A DNA stretch of 64,000 nucleotides from Eledone cirrhosa (GCA_964016885.1 OZ024741.1:44206001-44270000), one strand, 5' to 3'. Counted from the first letter of the stretch, positions 13,385-27,315 are shown. Made by a program: numbers and translations. Notes: generated by a model from the sequence alone, not told the origin.

Positions 13385-15590
13385 AGGTTTAAAGTTGTGG
13401 AAAGAGTGACGGTGGTATTGTTGGCACATGGAAAACATTTCTGAGATTTTCTATTTAAGAGGTTTAGCTTAGAATAGATTATAGTGCGGGTCTCTAGAAG
13501 ACAGAGGTTACATAATTTATTCGGTGGTTTATACGATGCGGCCTATCTACTACTTCCCATTGAAGTGTATATGGTCTATTATTAGTTTTCAGAGAGTGTA
13601 TGTAGTTAGATAAAGAAGTGGTGTTGGATAGATTGCGAATTTTGAAAGTGTGGAAATGCGAGTTATATCTCATCTTGAAGCAGTTCGAAGTAGAACCGAT
13701 ATATGTTTTTGAAATGTTGTTTGTATCGACTGTGCATGAGTAAATGATGTCTTTGATTAAGCAATTTTTTCCTAAGGGGCAAGTTGGATTTGTTCTACAG
13801 TTACAGTTATTCTGGTCGTTTACTTGCTGGTTAATAGGGTGTGTAGATGCATGGTTGTTAGGGGTAGCATTAGGGTAATGATGATTATCATTTTCATTGA
13901 TATTAATTTCATTAGTGCTATTACTATTATTGCTACTAGAATTCTCTGGTAATATGTTGTTATATAAGTTCACCCCCTGTTGTGATTTAATTAGTTGGAA
14001 ATAATTATTAATCTTCCTTTTATTACTACTAGCTATATGGTACGCGATGTTAGGTGTGGTAGAGTAAGAGATTTTAATGGTATTTTTATTGATAGGATTA
14101 TGGTATTTGTGGCCGACTGGGAAGTTTTTTTTCGAAGATTGGGAAGAAAGCCTTAGGCAAGTTGGTAGAGACATGTAGATTGAAAAATGTATTAGTTCTT
14201 CTATTTTTGTTTTCTGTAATGTTATTTGAGGTATTGTTTATATTTCTGTTTATATTATTACTATTGAGGTATTTATTCTCGTGGGAGTTAAGTTTGACAT
14301 TACCCTTCGTACTAGAGTTAGGGTGGCTAGTACTTTTATTACTTTTTTTCATGGCCATATTGTGAGAAATAATGTTATAACTAGGTGATTTTATACGTAA
14401 AAATTTAATTTCATTTTTATGGCCTGATCTAGCTAATGCCTTATTAGAGTATTGGGAATTACTGTTAAATATAGTTTCATTATATGATAGAGTAGAAATT
14501 CTATTTGATATTCCTTTAGTAATTGAGTTTAATATAGATTTAGGGTGGTTAGAGTTGGTATCTATATGAAGTAGTTTTTCGTTTGGTTTATGATAGGGTG
14601 TATATATTTTAGAGTCCAGGCAAAGGGTAGCATCAAGGAAGTTAACGTTTTTAGTGTTTTTATCTAAGGTAAAACCTAAGTTTAAATCTTTGAAAATGTT
14701 AAATAATTGTTTCCTAGTTCTTTCTATATTAATTTGTTTATAGTCAATAAGTAGTATTGCATCATTGCGGTGTAAACCACCATTGAGGTAAGGTAGATTC
14801 CTATGAATTTCATTTAAGAGATATAGACCACCAAATCAGTGACAAAGTTGTTAGGTGTATCCTTGCGGGTCCATAACTGATCTTCAAATACAATTATGGT
14901 TTTACGGGCCGCAAAGATGACATCAATTTGGGATCTAGTAAGGTCACTATTGTTCATAGCCATAATTAATGCCTTATTTAATAGGATAGGAGAAATAGAG
15001 ATGTAGTATGAATTAATATCAAATTATATAATTTTTTATTTTTATTCTCGTTAATATCATTGAAACGTTCCATAACTTCACCAGTATTTCCCCACGGGTT
15101 AAGATATATTTCATGCTTAAATGGGGGGATGATTCTGTTTAATATTTTTTGCTGATAATTCCAAGGTCAGATTTGGAAGGGCAAATTAGTCTTATAGAAG
15201 GGTTACTATTAAAGTCTTCCTTATAGTCTTTCAGATAGAATCTTGTGGGGTTAGGGGTGTATGGCTGTGTATATCTCTGAAGTCCTAATTTACATACTAT
15301 ACTATGGCCTTCTATATTTATATCTTCTAGGTTTTTAATAGTGGTTTTGTTATAGCTCCTATCAGTTCTTTATATATAAATTTTCTATATGTATCGTAAT
15401 CTAGGCTATATATGTTATTAGTTTTATCAGCAGTTAATGACAATAATAACATCTATGTATCTTTACGATTGTTCTGTGGAATAGGAGGTTAATTATATGT
15501 ATAAACGTTGCTAGTTTGGAAGAAACGATTGTCAACATTAAAATGTTTTGAACATAGTTTTGATTATTCTGTAATTCATATTCAGGCTCT
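13385..15590 (-). pseudogene. Decayed Penelope-like element (RT + GIY-YIG), probably Naiad-like
   Basis: Motifs TADKTNNIY, FNSNPSIRLICPSKSDLG, VNFLDATL, CNCRTNPTCPLGKNC and IIY...YIGST...RYNSH. Multiple frameshifts and an Asn-rich insert. Confidence 0.9.
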
Positions 15591-16768
15591 GTAAAACATC
15601 TGAGCTATTTTTCTTACTGGTAATGAGGTAGTAAAGAATTACTGACCTTTCCTGTATATAATTATATATAGTGTATATATAAGAATAAATAATATTATAT
15701 ATATATATATATATTGTTATACCTGGGGAGGGTTATATTGCTGTAATAATATTGCCAGAAATCATAACGGAACACACTCACTCTTTGGTTGGCTTTCGCT
15801 TCTGTATCTCTTATATCTCCTTAGTTAATTCATTTGGCAATCAATGTTTATCATTGACTGACCAACGGCCAAAACTACAGATATAAATACATATATATAG
15901 TCTAACAAAGTTCTTTCGTTGCACATCTGCAACATCATCAGTGGTACTATTATGTTTCCTTCTGTTGTATTGTATGTCTTCGCCATTTTTGTTTATTTAT
16001 TTATTCATTTTTGTCTTCGTCTCTGCACATGCATTTGCTAGTGTGTATAGTGTTTGGTGTGTGTGTTCGCGTTTGGGTGACTGTGTTTTGGTTATTGTAT
16101 TCTATCTTAGTTTATTAATGTGTGTTTATATGTGTTTGTTGTTATTGTGCATGTGTATATATTTATTTATTTATATTTCTCTTAAGTCAGTATTGTTTGT
16201 TTGGGTGTTGTTATTCCATTCATTTTTTTTCTGTTTAGCTTTGGTTTTCTAAGCTCTATTTCGCTTGCTTCTCTGATTAGCCTACCTGTCGGGTCATTTC
16301 TATGTTTATATATTATTTTAATTTCTATGTTGTCTATGTTACCTCCATGATGTTTTCTGGCGTGTTCGTATAGTACTGAACCGTTTTTCGTCCTTTTAAT
16401 TCCCCCGGTGTTGTTCTCTTCTTCCTCCTATTCTTCGAGCTGTCTCACCTATGTATATTGTTGTCATGTTTCTGCATGTACCCTCTGTACATTTTATGCT
16501 ATAGACTACATTTCTAGTTTTACAATTTATCTGCGGGTTTATTTACATATAACACATTTCTCATTAGTACAGTGGGTTTACTTAAAAGGGTATGTTTTGC
16601 TGATCAGGCATTTCATGGTAGTTCCTGGTTTTTCTACCACTTTAATCTTTAAGTGGGTCTTTCAAGAACCACAGTAGTAATAATGGAAATAATACGAGTA
16701 GCAGCATTAATGATAGACACAACACAACATATACATATATATATACATATACATATACATATATATAT

Positions 16769-16805
<37 letters not shown>

Positions 16806-16953
16806 ATGTATATATATATATATCTAATGTAGGAGGTAAGTTTTATTGTAGCACAATAAAGCAATGCAAATGTCGGATAAGTAGCTCTCCACAGTTTATA
16901 GGACTGGCGTATAAATAATATAAGATCAAAAGATGGTTAAAAGAGTTCCATGT

Positions 16954-17022
16954 ATTTTATTATGCGCATTTCCAAAACAAATATCATCATGGGATGATAT
17001 TTGCGTTCTCATCAGATAAAAT
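16954..17022 (-). ncRNA. Type I hammerhead ribozyme, intact core
   Basis: ATTTTAT-CTGATGA-long stem II-GAAA-TGCGCA-TA-ATAAAAT, with palindromic stem III. Confidence 0.8.
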
Positions 17023-17142
17023 AGGTAGACATGATATGAAGCTTAAAAAACACTTGCGAGCAGTGAAGTGCTAAATCACCATATGTTGATTTAACACTTC
17101 ACTGCTCGCAAGTGTTTTTTAAGCTTCATATCATGTCTACCT

Positions 17143-17211
17143 ATTTTATCTGATGAGAACGCAAATATCATCCCATGATGATATTTGTTTTTGAAATGCC
17201 CATAATAAAAT
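17143..17211 (+). ncRNA. Type I hammerhead ribozyme (stem III reads TGCCCA)
   Basis: Mirror copy of 16954-17022. Confidence 0.7.
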
Positions 17212-17243
17212 ACATGGAACTCTTTTAACCATCTTTTGATCTC

Positions 17244-17306
<63 letters not shown>

Positions 17307-17398
17307 GAAGTATTTCCGTCGGAAAGGTACAGGAAAAAAGAGTGCTCTATGTGGGCTACAGAGCTTATTATTTATGTAATAAACAACACAAGATAATT

Positions 17399-17460
17399 AT
17401 TTCATTTACCAGTTGTTTCTTGAAGACAGATGTATCTGTCTCCAGTCATCAGAAAGAAAA
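17399..17460 (-). ncRNA. Type I hammerhead ribozyme motif
   Basis: TTCTTT-CTGATGA-C-TGGAGACAGAT/ATCTGTCTTCA-A-GAAA-CAACTGG-TA-AATGAA. A degenerate relative lies at 25295-25360 (+). Confidence 0.65.
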
Positions 17461-18007
17461 GAAAAACATGGTGTTTTTATTAAATATGGATTTGAAAATA
17501 AAAGTTAGGAAATATGAAAGTGAGGCTGAAAAAAACGGGCGAAAAGGAAATAGGGTAAAAAAAAAAAATATATAAATATATATATATATAAGAATAAAAA
17601 TATAAATATCCAGAACGTAAACATACACACAATCAACTACGCGCATATACTAAAAAGTATGTAGACGTAATCTCACACAAACTAATTAGCGTCTGCAAAG
17701 AAATATGGACAGGAACATAAATACATACACATACATATACACAAATTTGGGAAGTAGTAAGCAAGCAGAAGTCACCAAATGAAAAAATAAATAAGAACAA
17801 AAAAAAATATATATATATATATAAACAAGAACAAAATAAAGTAAAACAAGGGGGATGTGTCGACAACGATAGGTCTGATTGTTTGGGGGGATTGAGGGAG
17901 GGGGAGGAAAATAAAAACAACTTAAATAAATTACTGACCTTCCCTGTTTATAGTTTAAAATATACATAACTATGAATAGTATCCTTAATATTATATATAT
18001 ATATATA

Positions 18008-18566
18008 TGGTGGCTGCCAACTCGTTTTCGAGTACGGCCACTACTTTATATCCATGTAGGAGAACCCCTACCAAAGCGCTGAACGAGTGTGACTTTTTAG
18101 TCCAGCCAGCGACTTGAAAACTCTGGTACAAACACTACACATGTGACAATTATTGACACATAGTGCTGGGCCCATGGTACCATGTGACGACAAGTGCAGA
18201 GAGATCTCCAGATATAAAGCAATGCCTGTGCCGTGAAGCTTTTATAGTGAGCAAAGGCACTGCACAAAGCCAGTCCCACTCTCTTAACCAAGATGATATT
18301 TACCAAAAAGAAGAACAATTCAACATCATTGGATACCATCAGGGTTGCAGGTGTTATATCAGAGTTTTCCTTCTCCTAGAATTCTGCCTTGACAAAGGCT
18401 AAGGGGTCATCTCTCCCGGTGATTTTGGATGGCCATTGACTCTTAAGAGCTCCTTTGCCCTTTGACAGGTTTTGTTTTTAGTCCTGCAGGATGTCCAAAG
18501 TCACCCTCCTCACCAAGAAACCTTGGTGGGGTTGCCAGTTTAGTCGCCAACGACCCGAGCATGAGA
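18008..18566 (-). mobile_element. RTE-derived element R1
   Basis: Reverse complement of the 4265-4853 family, with a (TA)n tail. Confidence 0.85.
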
Positions 18567-18669
18567 AGTGTAATTATATATATATTTACACACATACATA
18601 CACACATATACATAAACATACATATATACTTATACACACATGCAAACACACGCATATATATATATGTAT

Positions 18670-18731
<62 letters not shown>

Positions 18732-18783
18732 GATATACGTCAGATACACACACATGTGCATGCATATACATATATAAACACAT

Positions 18784-21552
18784 TGGAGTGTGCCATAAAA
18801 AGCAGATCATAATACTAACGCTCCCTGTGTATTTTCTCCTTATAAATGCCAATTGGTAAAATAAAACATATTTTGTATAAAATAAATTATTGTGAGCCTT
18901 GCCTATATCATGGTGATTATAGTGGAAAGTGTGATTATGTTGCATGAAATAATGAAAATGTGAAACCAAATATTACCATACAATAATTCTTTATTTTATT
19001 AATCCATTATATTTAGTAAACAGGCTTTGAATATAAAGGCGTACAAGGAAGAAACAAGTTCAGTTAAGTTAACTCTAGTCATATTTTTTTCAGAGTTTCT
19101 TTTCTGAAATCCGGGACCTTGCGACGATGAGCTTCGACTACTTGAAGAACACACTGCTTCTCCTCCTCATTCTTGGAGATGGCAACAAAATCAGTTATCA
19201 ACTTAACTGCTCTCTCCGCCAGATCGTTGACTACCTTGATATTGTGAACAGCAGCACAGGCATTTTGATATGACGCTTGTGTTGACCTAGTTGCAGGTGA
19301 CAGCTCAAGCGAAGTATCGTCGAGACCAAGGCGATCGAACAGAAGCCTTGATTTCTTCTCAACTAGATGAGGCAGCTTCGTGGACGACTTCAACTCGGGA
19401 AATACTGGAGCACCACGGTGGAGAGACCCAGACGTTTTCGTTTTGACAAGACGTTGGGCTATTTGTTTCTCCTCGGACTCTTGGATCCGAATTGAAACCA
19501 GCACTAGAGGAATGACTTCCTCTGTCAGGTACCAAAGATGCCTACTCAGAGCAGTAGTTGCTGCCTGCGAGAGATCTCTGTCAACCTTACTATACTGTGT
19601 CAAATCCACGTAGAATTGAAGGTCATTGGATGGTGCATCAGCACTTGACTGCTGTCAGCCAGTATTGAACGTAGAACAGAGCATTGAACATACAGATCCG
19701 GCGCAACTTTACCATTTTAGCTTGATCGTAATTGAGTCGCTCACCAAATGCATACATCTTTGCACTATAGATGATGATTGTGAACATCCACCGAGCGTTA
19801 TGATGTGAACTATGCAGCATCCAATGAATTCCACGAGGAGGGGTGACACCAAGCAAGATCAACATCAACTCGGCACATTTTCGTTAGTTGTCCCGTGGAA
19901 GAAAACTAATTTTCCCATCGTCAGATGTCAGCAAATCTTGGAGGAACTTGATGTTCTCAGAACACAGACCCTTGAGTCTCCGGTCGATAATGTTCAATGT
20001 TTTAAAGGTGGTCTTGTCCGTGAGTGACACCCAATCTTTTTTGAACTTCTTGAAATCTGGAGTGTCTGGATTGGAGATTGCTCCGAATAGTTGTTGCCAC
20101 ACTGCACACAAGTCACGCTCCATGACATGATGCCGACAAGCAAAATAAAACACCTTTGTGTTGAGCATCTTTTCTAGTTTCACGCAGGCATCATTTTTCC
20201 ATCCAGAATTCGAAGCAGTTGTGTCGAAGACCAAGCCCACTACAGACCCATCAACATTCCAATCTGTAACAATATCAAATGATGCTTTGGCTTGGGTGGT
20301 TCCAGTGCCATCAGGAATTATGGGAACACGGAGGAGTTTACCTTCTCTGAAGTCCGGAGTTCCAGCAACTAGCACACCTAGCTTCTCGTGGTCACCAGGA
20401 ATTATTTTGCTATCCTAATGCAAGGTAACACAGTCTGGTACAGCAAATTGTTCCTTTATGTGTTCAGCCTCCACAGTTCTGATCTTCTTAGCTGCACGTC
20501 TGCTACTATTCTTGGAGAGAGTTGTGAAGTCTATGTCAGTCCCACCCTCAGAAATAATCGATGCCTTAAATGCTGTTCTCTGGCCCAGTGTCAGGTTTAA
20601 ACGATCAGCCATTAGAGAAATTTTTTGACTTTGAAATGGATTCTTTGGGAGTTCCAGCTGGATTTTTCGTTTCTTGTCTGACTTTGAGCTGTCTCTAGGT
20701 GGGTTTGAGGTTTGAAATTCAGGATCCTGTTCATCTTCAGTTTCATCATTGGTTGAACTTGAATAATTCAGTTCATTACGTGGAAATTGTGCTGCTACAG
20801 ATCCTGACAAACGCTTTCTATGGTTCTCTGACTCTCGACGATCCACAGAAACCTGATCACGCTTAAATTTTCAAGATACCTTTTTCTGGTAACCCTTGTC
20901 TTCAGCACCCAGAGATACCTTTTACTGGCAACGCAGGGCTTCGAGAAATGTAGCATCTTCCATTTTCTGTTCATTATTACAAAGACGGTCTTTCAAAATT
21001 TTCTTTTCAGCATCAATATGTGCAATGTAGAAATACGAATCCAATTCAGAAATAAATAGTGCTTCCTTTTCTTTGTTTGACTTAAAACCTTTGTTTTTTG
21101 TAAATTTCTGTATTCACTGTACATGTTCATAATTTTCAGTTTCACTTTGTCTTTTCGTTGAGTCGCCACACCAGATTTTTCCCACTGACTAACTACTTCC
21201 ATCACAAGCCTATCCGCAATAGCACCATTGAAGCTCACATGCTTTTCGTGTTTCATAGGATCACCTTTCCGGTAGAAGAACTATCTGTTGGTATTTTGTT
21301 TGGTGAAAAGGATGTAACATATTTCCCCAGGAGCCATATTTCTCGTTCATCACAACGGAGCGAGTAGCTACAACTAGACCCACTGGTTTCCGCCATTATT
21401 CTGCTAATTTGCAACTATTAGGCAAAGCTTAAATTAGTCTGAAATAATCAAAATTACATTATAAATTGATAATATACGAAATGGCATGAGAAAATGCATA
21501 GGGAGCTAAGGATAACACACTTTTGTGTAAAATGTGGGATTCTGGAACACAT
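18784..21552 (-). mobile_element. hAT-superfamily (hATm/hATx-like) DNA transposon, decayed
   Basis: Subterminal inverted repeats CTCCCTGTGTATTTTCTC (18821) and GAGAAAATGCATAGGGAG (21488), degenerate outer TIRs, and an internal transposase. Confidence 0.65.
19079..21396 (-). pseudogene. Frameshifted transposase
   Basis: Six consecutive ORF pieces starting MAETSGSS. Motifs FDTTASNSG, ACRHH, HNARW, RHLWYLTE and VVNDLAERAVKL. Confidence 0.85.
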
Positions 21553-21919
21553 ATATAAACACATATATACACACACATATATATAAACACACATACATAC
21601 AAAAACACACACATATACATGCATACACATACAAAAAACCTTACAATCAATAAATGAATTTCAAAGGTACATAACCCAACTACATACGTACACATACGCG
21701 TGCGCACACACTCACGCATTAAGACATTAACGCACGGATACAAATAAACATATACGTAAGTCCATACACCGATATATAAACATTACGCAAAAATATATAT
21801 ACACAAACACACGCATACATAAAAACAAATACATATAAACAAATATATACATATATATCTATAAATACATATATAGACACAAACACACATACATATATAT
21901 ATATATATATTAACCATGC

Positions 21920-21970
21920 CCATTCCGAGCTGAAGATCCGCTAAGGTGAAACAATTGGTCTCGGTATGGT
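21920..21970 (+). ncRNA. Minimal type I hammerhead in the 5' pLTR
   Basis: CCATTCCGAG-CTGAAGA-TCCGCTAAGGT-GAAA-CAATTG-GT-CTCGGTATGG. The U16.1 position is G in this copy. Confidence 0.75.
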
Positions 21971-22217
21971 GAACTAACTGTTGTGTAACCACTTCTACCT
22001 AACTCGTCCCTTGGACTGAGTGCTCTACCACTACGGATATTACCTTCCAGTGTTCCACCACTATATACGTCTCCAGCACCGGTCAGCAGATTCTCTTCAC
22101 TACGTAGAAGTGTGGCTTTTAGCAGATTCTTCACCACGTGCGAGTTTGGCTTACTACCCTGAGAGCGCTCTATATATCCTCGTGCCCTACACAATTTTGC
22201 GTCTCATCAACGTCAGT

Positions 22218-24328
22218 ATGGATTTATACGAACTGGATTACTCCCTGAAGAACATTCCAAACCCCTCCAACCATGTTTACCAAAAGATCCTCCTACAAAA
22301 CGCGGAAGATGTCGTCGGAAGCTTAAGATGGCGAGCCCTAGCTTTCGACGGCAAAATTACAGGCACCAACAACACCTTCAACCTGAAATCGAGACCCTAC
22401 TCTGCTAAGGTAACTGAACTTGCTCCTTTCGAGACGGACCTTCTTGACTTAGTCGCTAACATTTACTTTCGCAAATGCACTAACACCTTTCAAACGAAAC
22501 TCAGAAACGATATTAAGAAACTTAGGTCTTCTAATAACACCTTCGTCCTTTCCGACAAAACTAACAATATTTACGAAGTCGACAACACCACTTTCCGCCA
22601 CCTGGCCCATAACGCTATTACTTCTAAATATAAGAAAGCTAAACCTATGGCCTACCACGACATTAATACAGAAGCCAAGGAACTTGCCGCCGACTTTAAG
22701 GTAGATAAAAAGCTACAATCTATAGCTAAGCGTGAGGCGTTTCTCACCCTGAAATATCACAAGGTAGACTTTACTTCTAACCCCACATGTAGACTAATAA
22801 ACCCGGCACGCACAGATATGGGACTAGTCAGTGAGGCCATACTGAGAAACATAGTTAAGACCATTAGGACCAAGTCCAACCTGCCCCAGTGGGAGAACAG
22901 CGACTCCGTAATTAAGTGGTTTAACGCCTTAAAATCCAAAAAAGCGAAGTTCACACAGTTTGAAATTGTCGATTTTTACCCGTCGATCTCAGAGACCCTG
23001 TGAAACAAAGCGTTGGACTTCGCAACCACTTATACCACCGTCGATGGTTTAGACAGGGAAATCATCGCTCACTGCCGGAAAAACCTCCTCTTCAACGACG
23101 GAGTAGCCTGGGCAAAGAAGTCTACATCTTCCGACCTGTTCAACGTCTCCATGGGATCGTTTGACAGTGCTGACGTATGTGACTTGGTTGGCCTTTTTAT
23201 CTTAGACATATTACGTGTTAGATTCAAGGACTTCCACACGGGAATATACTGTGACAATGGACTGACTTTATCGAGCCATAAAAGTGGTCATGACCTCGAC
23301 TGGTTCAAAAAAGACTTAGCTTCTACCTTCAATGTGTTAGCTCTTAGGATAACAGTAGCCACAAACCTCTCTAGCGTAGATTTCTTAGACATTAATTTAG
23401 ACCTTCGCACACACACCCACAGACCCTTCCAAAAGCTAAACGAGTAACTTAATTATATTCACAAGGATTAATGCCTCCCCCCTCCCCCCATACTGTTTTT
23501 AGAAACTTCGTTAAGAATATCAGTACTAGAATCTCAAACCTCTCCTCTAATAAGGGTATATTTGACAGGGCGGCATCCTACTATAACACGGCGTTGGCTA
23601 ACAGCGGCTTCTGACAACCTATCACCTACTCTCCCACTAGCAACAACACCATTAAGAAAAGTAAGCGCAACAATAGACAAACTATCTGGTTCTCTCCTCC
23701 CTTCTCACTCAACGTTAAAACCAATGTAGGAAAAATATGTCTAGCCCTCTTAGATAGACACTTCCCCATAGGTCATAAATACCGCTCCATCTTTAACCGA
23801 CACAAATTTAAACTAGGATACTCCTGCGCTAAGAACATGAAGGCCCACATCACCAGCAGCCCTAGGAGCAACACCCCACCAGGGTGCTCTTTCGGTAAGC
23901 CTGAAGCTTGCCCCCTTCAACAGCAATGCAACACACCAGCTGTAATCTATGAAGCTGTGGTCACTTCCAACCGACCAAACGAACCACAGAAAGACAAATC
24001 CTATGTGGGCATTGCAGATGGCCGATTCAAGGAACGTTTCCTGAACCACCAGTCTACCTTCAGATACCCGGACAGACGTTCATCCACGAAACTCGCGAGC
24101 CACGTATGGCCTCTCAAGGACTCAAGTATAGACTACTCCATTCAATGGAAAGTCATCACTAAGACATACGCAAGGGGAAATCCGACGTGTGGCTTATGTA
24201 TTGACGAACGAATAACTATTCTAAAGAGATTACGCAATAGTGATTGCCTAAACACGAGAAGTGAATTTTTCACACGTTGTCCACACGTCGCCAAACACCT
24301 ATTGCATAACTACAAGGCTCCGGACTGA
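22218..24328 (+). pseudogene. Penelope-like RT + GIY-YIG endonuclease ORF, disrupted
   Basis: YSLKNIPNPS, SDKTNNIY, CRLINP, DFYPSIS, MGSFDSADVCDLVG, YCDNGL (degraded YRDD), VIY..SYVG..FKERFLNH, CPH. In-frame stops at 23001, 23445 and about 23613. Confidence 0.92.
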
Positions 24329-24485
24329 TTCTTTGAAATTTTATTTTCAACCTAAAAACTTTTCGGACTTTCGCAGTTATATCACTTACAACTCTCGCGC
24401 GCAGTCTAGTATTGCCTGTGTGAAGTGACCGGGTTTCTGCGCATGCGCGTTCGTACGGTTGTCCTTCCTGTGCCTATAACCATGC

Positions 24486-24535
24486 CCATTCCGAGCTGAA
24501 GATCCGCTAAGGTGAAACAATTGTTCTCAGTATGG
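24486..24535 (+). ncRNA. Minimal type I hammerhead in the 3' pLTR
   Basis: CCGAG-CTGAAGA-TCCGCTAAGGT-GAAA-CAATTG-TT-CTCAG, with palindromic stem III. Confidence 0.8.
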
Positions 24536-24624
24536 TGAACTAACTGTTGTCTAACCAGTTCCACCTAACTCGTCTCTTGGACTGAGTGCTCTACCACTAC
24601 GGATATTACCTTTCAGTGTTCCAC

Positions 24625-24703
<79 letters not shown>

Positions 24704-25383
24704 CATATAACACACATACACATACATATACATATAACACACATATATATAAATAAATAAAAACACGTAAATATGTAAGTACACATAGGTCTGTCTGCAT
24801 ATGCGCCCACATACAACCTTAAGTGAGTACACTTAAAAACCTAGTGGGTAAGTAAGAGTGAAATAAAATAATAAAAACAATTATTAAAAATAGGTAAAGG
24901 AGAAAGGGGTTGTTAAAGAGGGTAAGTGTTTGTAATTACATCTGGATTAAAAAGTGATCTGGGTAAAGGATAAAGTTATGTATGTATTAAAGGTATGGTA
25001 AATAGTAGGGTGGGGGGAATATAAGTCAAATGAAATATAGAGAGAGATGAGGGAGAAAAAGTATATATTGGTAGAAAGTTTAAGTTCAAAAGGTAATGAA
25101 ATTGATAATGAGTAGAAGGTGTGATGAGTAAAGAAGAAGCTCAAGGTGGTTGACTAATCGTAGGTATGTTAATCCAGTTAAAAAGTAGATGCGATTTCAG
25201 GGGTGGACCACATCTAAAGATCTAGGTCCTAGAGTGGAGACAAGTGGTGGTTTTTTTTTCAGATCCATATTTAATAAAAACACCATGTTTTTTTATTCAT
25301 TCTGACGACTGAAGGCAGATACAACATTTGTCTTAAAAAAAACGAGTGGTAAATGAAATAATTATCTTATGTTGTTTATTACA

Positions 25384-25481
<98 letters not shown>

Positions 25482-25612
25482 CATATGGGTCTCGACAACG
25501 GAATGGCCTCTATTTTTTTTATTGAATGTCTACTCTCATTCCAAAACATTCTCCTTCTGAAGGTGGAATTTAAATATATCTAAGGAGGGAGAGTTAGAGA
25601 GGAGAGAAAAAT

Positions 25613-25656
<44 letters not shown>

Positions 25657-25657
25657 G

Positions 25658-25691
<34 letters not shown>

Positions 25692-26110
25692 GGAGAGAGA
25701 GGAGAGAGAGGGAGAGAGAGAGGGAGAGAGAAAGGTGAGAAATAAATGGACAGATATAAGATGATATAATTAGAGTGTAGTGTATCCACCTGATGTTTTT
25801 ACTTCGTAACCGGTATCGATTGTGTTGAGAAAATTGAAAGGAAATTATCAGTTTCTTCATTGAAACAACCGGAATACGGCATCTTAAAATGAAATTAGTT
25901 TATTTATAAAAAAATAAAAACATCTTGTTCATAGAAACAGAATTTATATAATAGATATGATTCTGGATAAAGTTAATTGAATGCGTTATACACCCACACA
26001 TCTCACTGTCTCTACACTTATATAAATAAATGTATATATATATGTGAACCTAATGCCAACACTGCTCATACTGCACTCTTTGTTATTGTTTTTTGTTTTT
26101 TGTTTCTAAC

Positions 26111-26630
<520 letters not shown>

Positions 26631-26658
26631 ATAACTGTGTGTTACACCTCTATTATTT

Positions 26659-26735
<77 letters not shown>

Positions 26736-26872
26736 TCTTCCTGTCTTCCTCCGGTTGCAACGTTTTTTGAAATATCCAGTTCTGCGTTTACAGATTGACT
26801 TTGTTAGTTTCAGAAGATCCCGTTAAGGGTGAAAGCAGCGATTCTTTGCTTAAACTTTAATCTGTTATTTTA

Positions 26873-26953
<81 letters not shown>

Positions 26954-26986
26954 CAAACATATATATATATATATATATATATATGT

Positions 26987-27172
26987 GTCGTCACATGGTA
27001 CCATGGGCCCAGCACTATGTGTCAATAATTGTCACAAGTGTAGTGTTTGTACCAGAGTTTTCAAGTCGCTGGCTGGACTAAAAAGTCACACTCGTTCGCG
27101 TATCGGCAGGGGTTCTCCTACATGGATATAAAGTAGTGGCCGTACTCACTCGAAAACGAGTTGGCAGCCACC
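26987..27172 (+). mobile_element. R1 3' end (inverted duplicate of the neighbouring copy)
   Basis: Shares private variants with 27316-27878. Confidence 0.85.
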
Positions 27173-27178
27173 ATATAT

Positions 27179-27308
<130 letters not shown>

Positions 27309-27315
27309 ATATATA

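Larger units (their letters stand above)
16915..17250. repeat. Near-perfect ~335 bp palindrome with a hammerhead in each arm
   Basis: Arms are reverse complements around a centre near 17083. Confidence 0.9.
21911..24630 (+). mobile_element. Near full-length Penelope-like element with direct pLTRs, inserted in (TA)n
   Basis: ~155 bp direct repeats at 21911-22067 and 24477-24633 enclose the RT-EN ORF. Confidence 0.92.

Noticed and set aside
22990-23620. In-frame TGA codons in the PLE read as selenocysteine (some Naiads encode selenoproteins)
   Set aside because: The TGAs are not at expected Cys positions. A TAA, a frameshift and a degraded YRDD also occur, and I see no clear SECIS. Ordinary decay is more likely.
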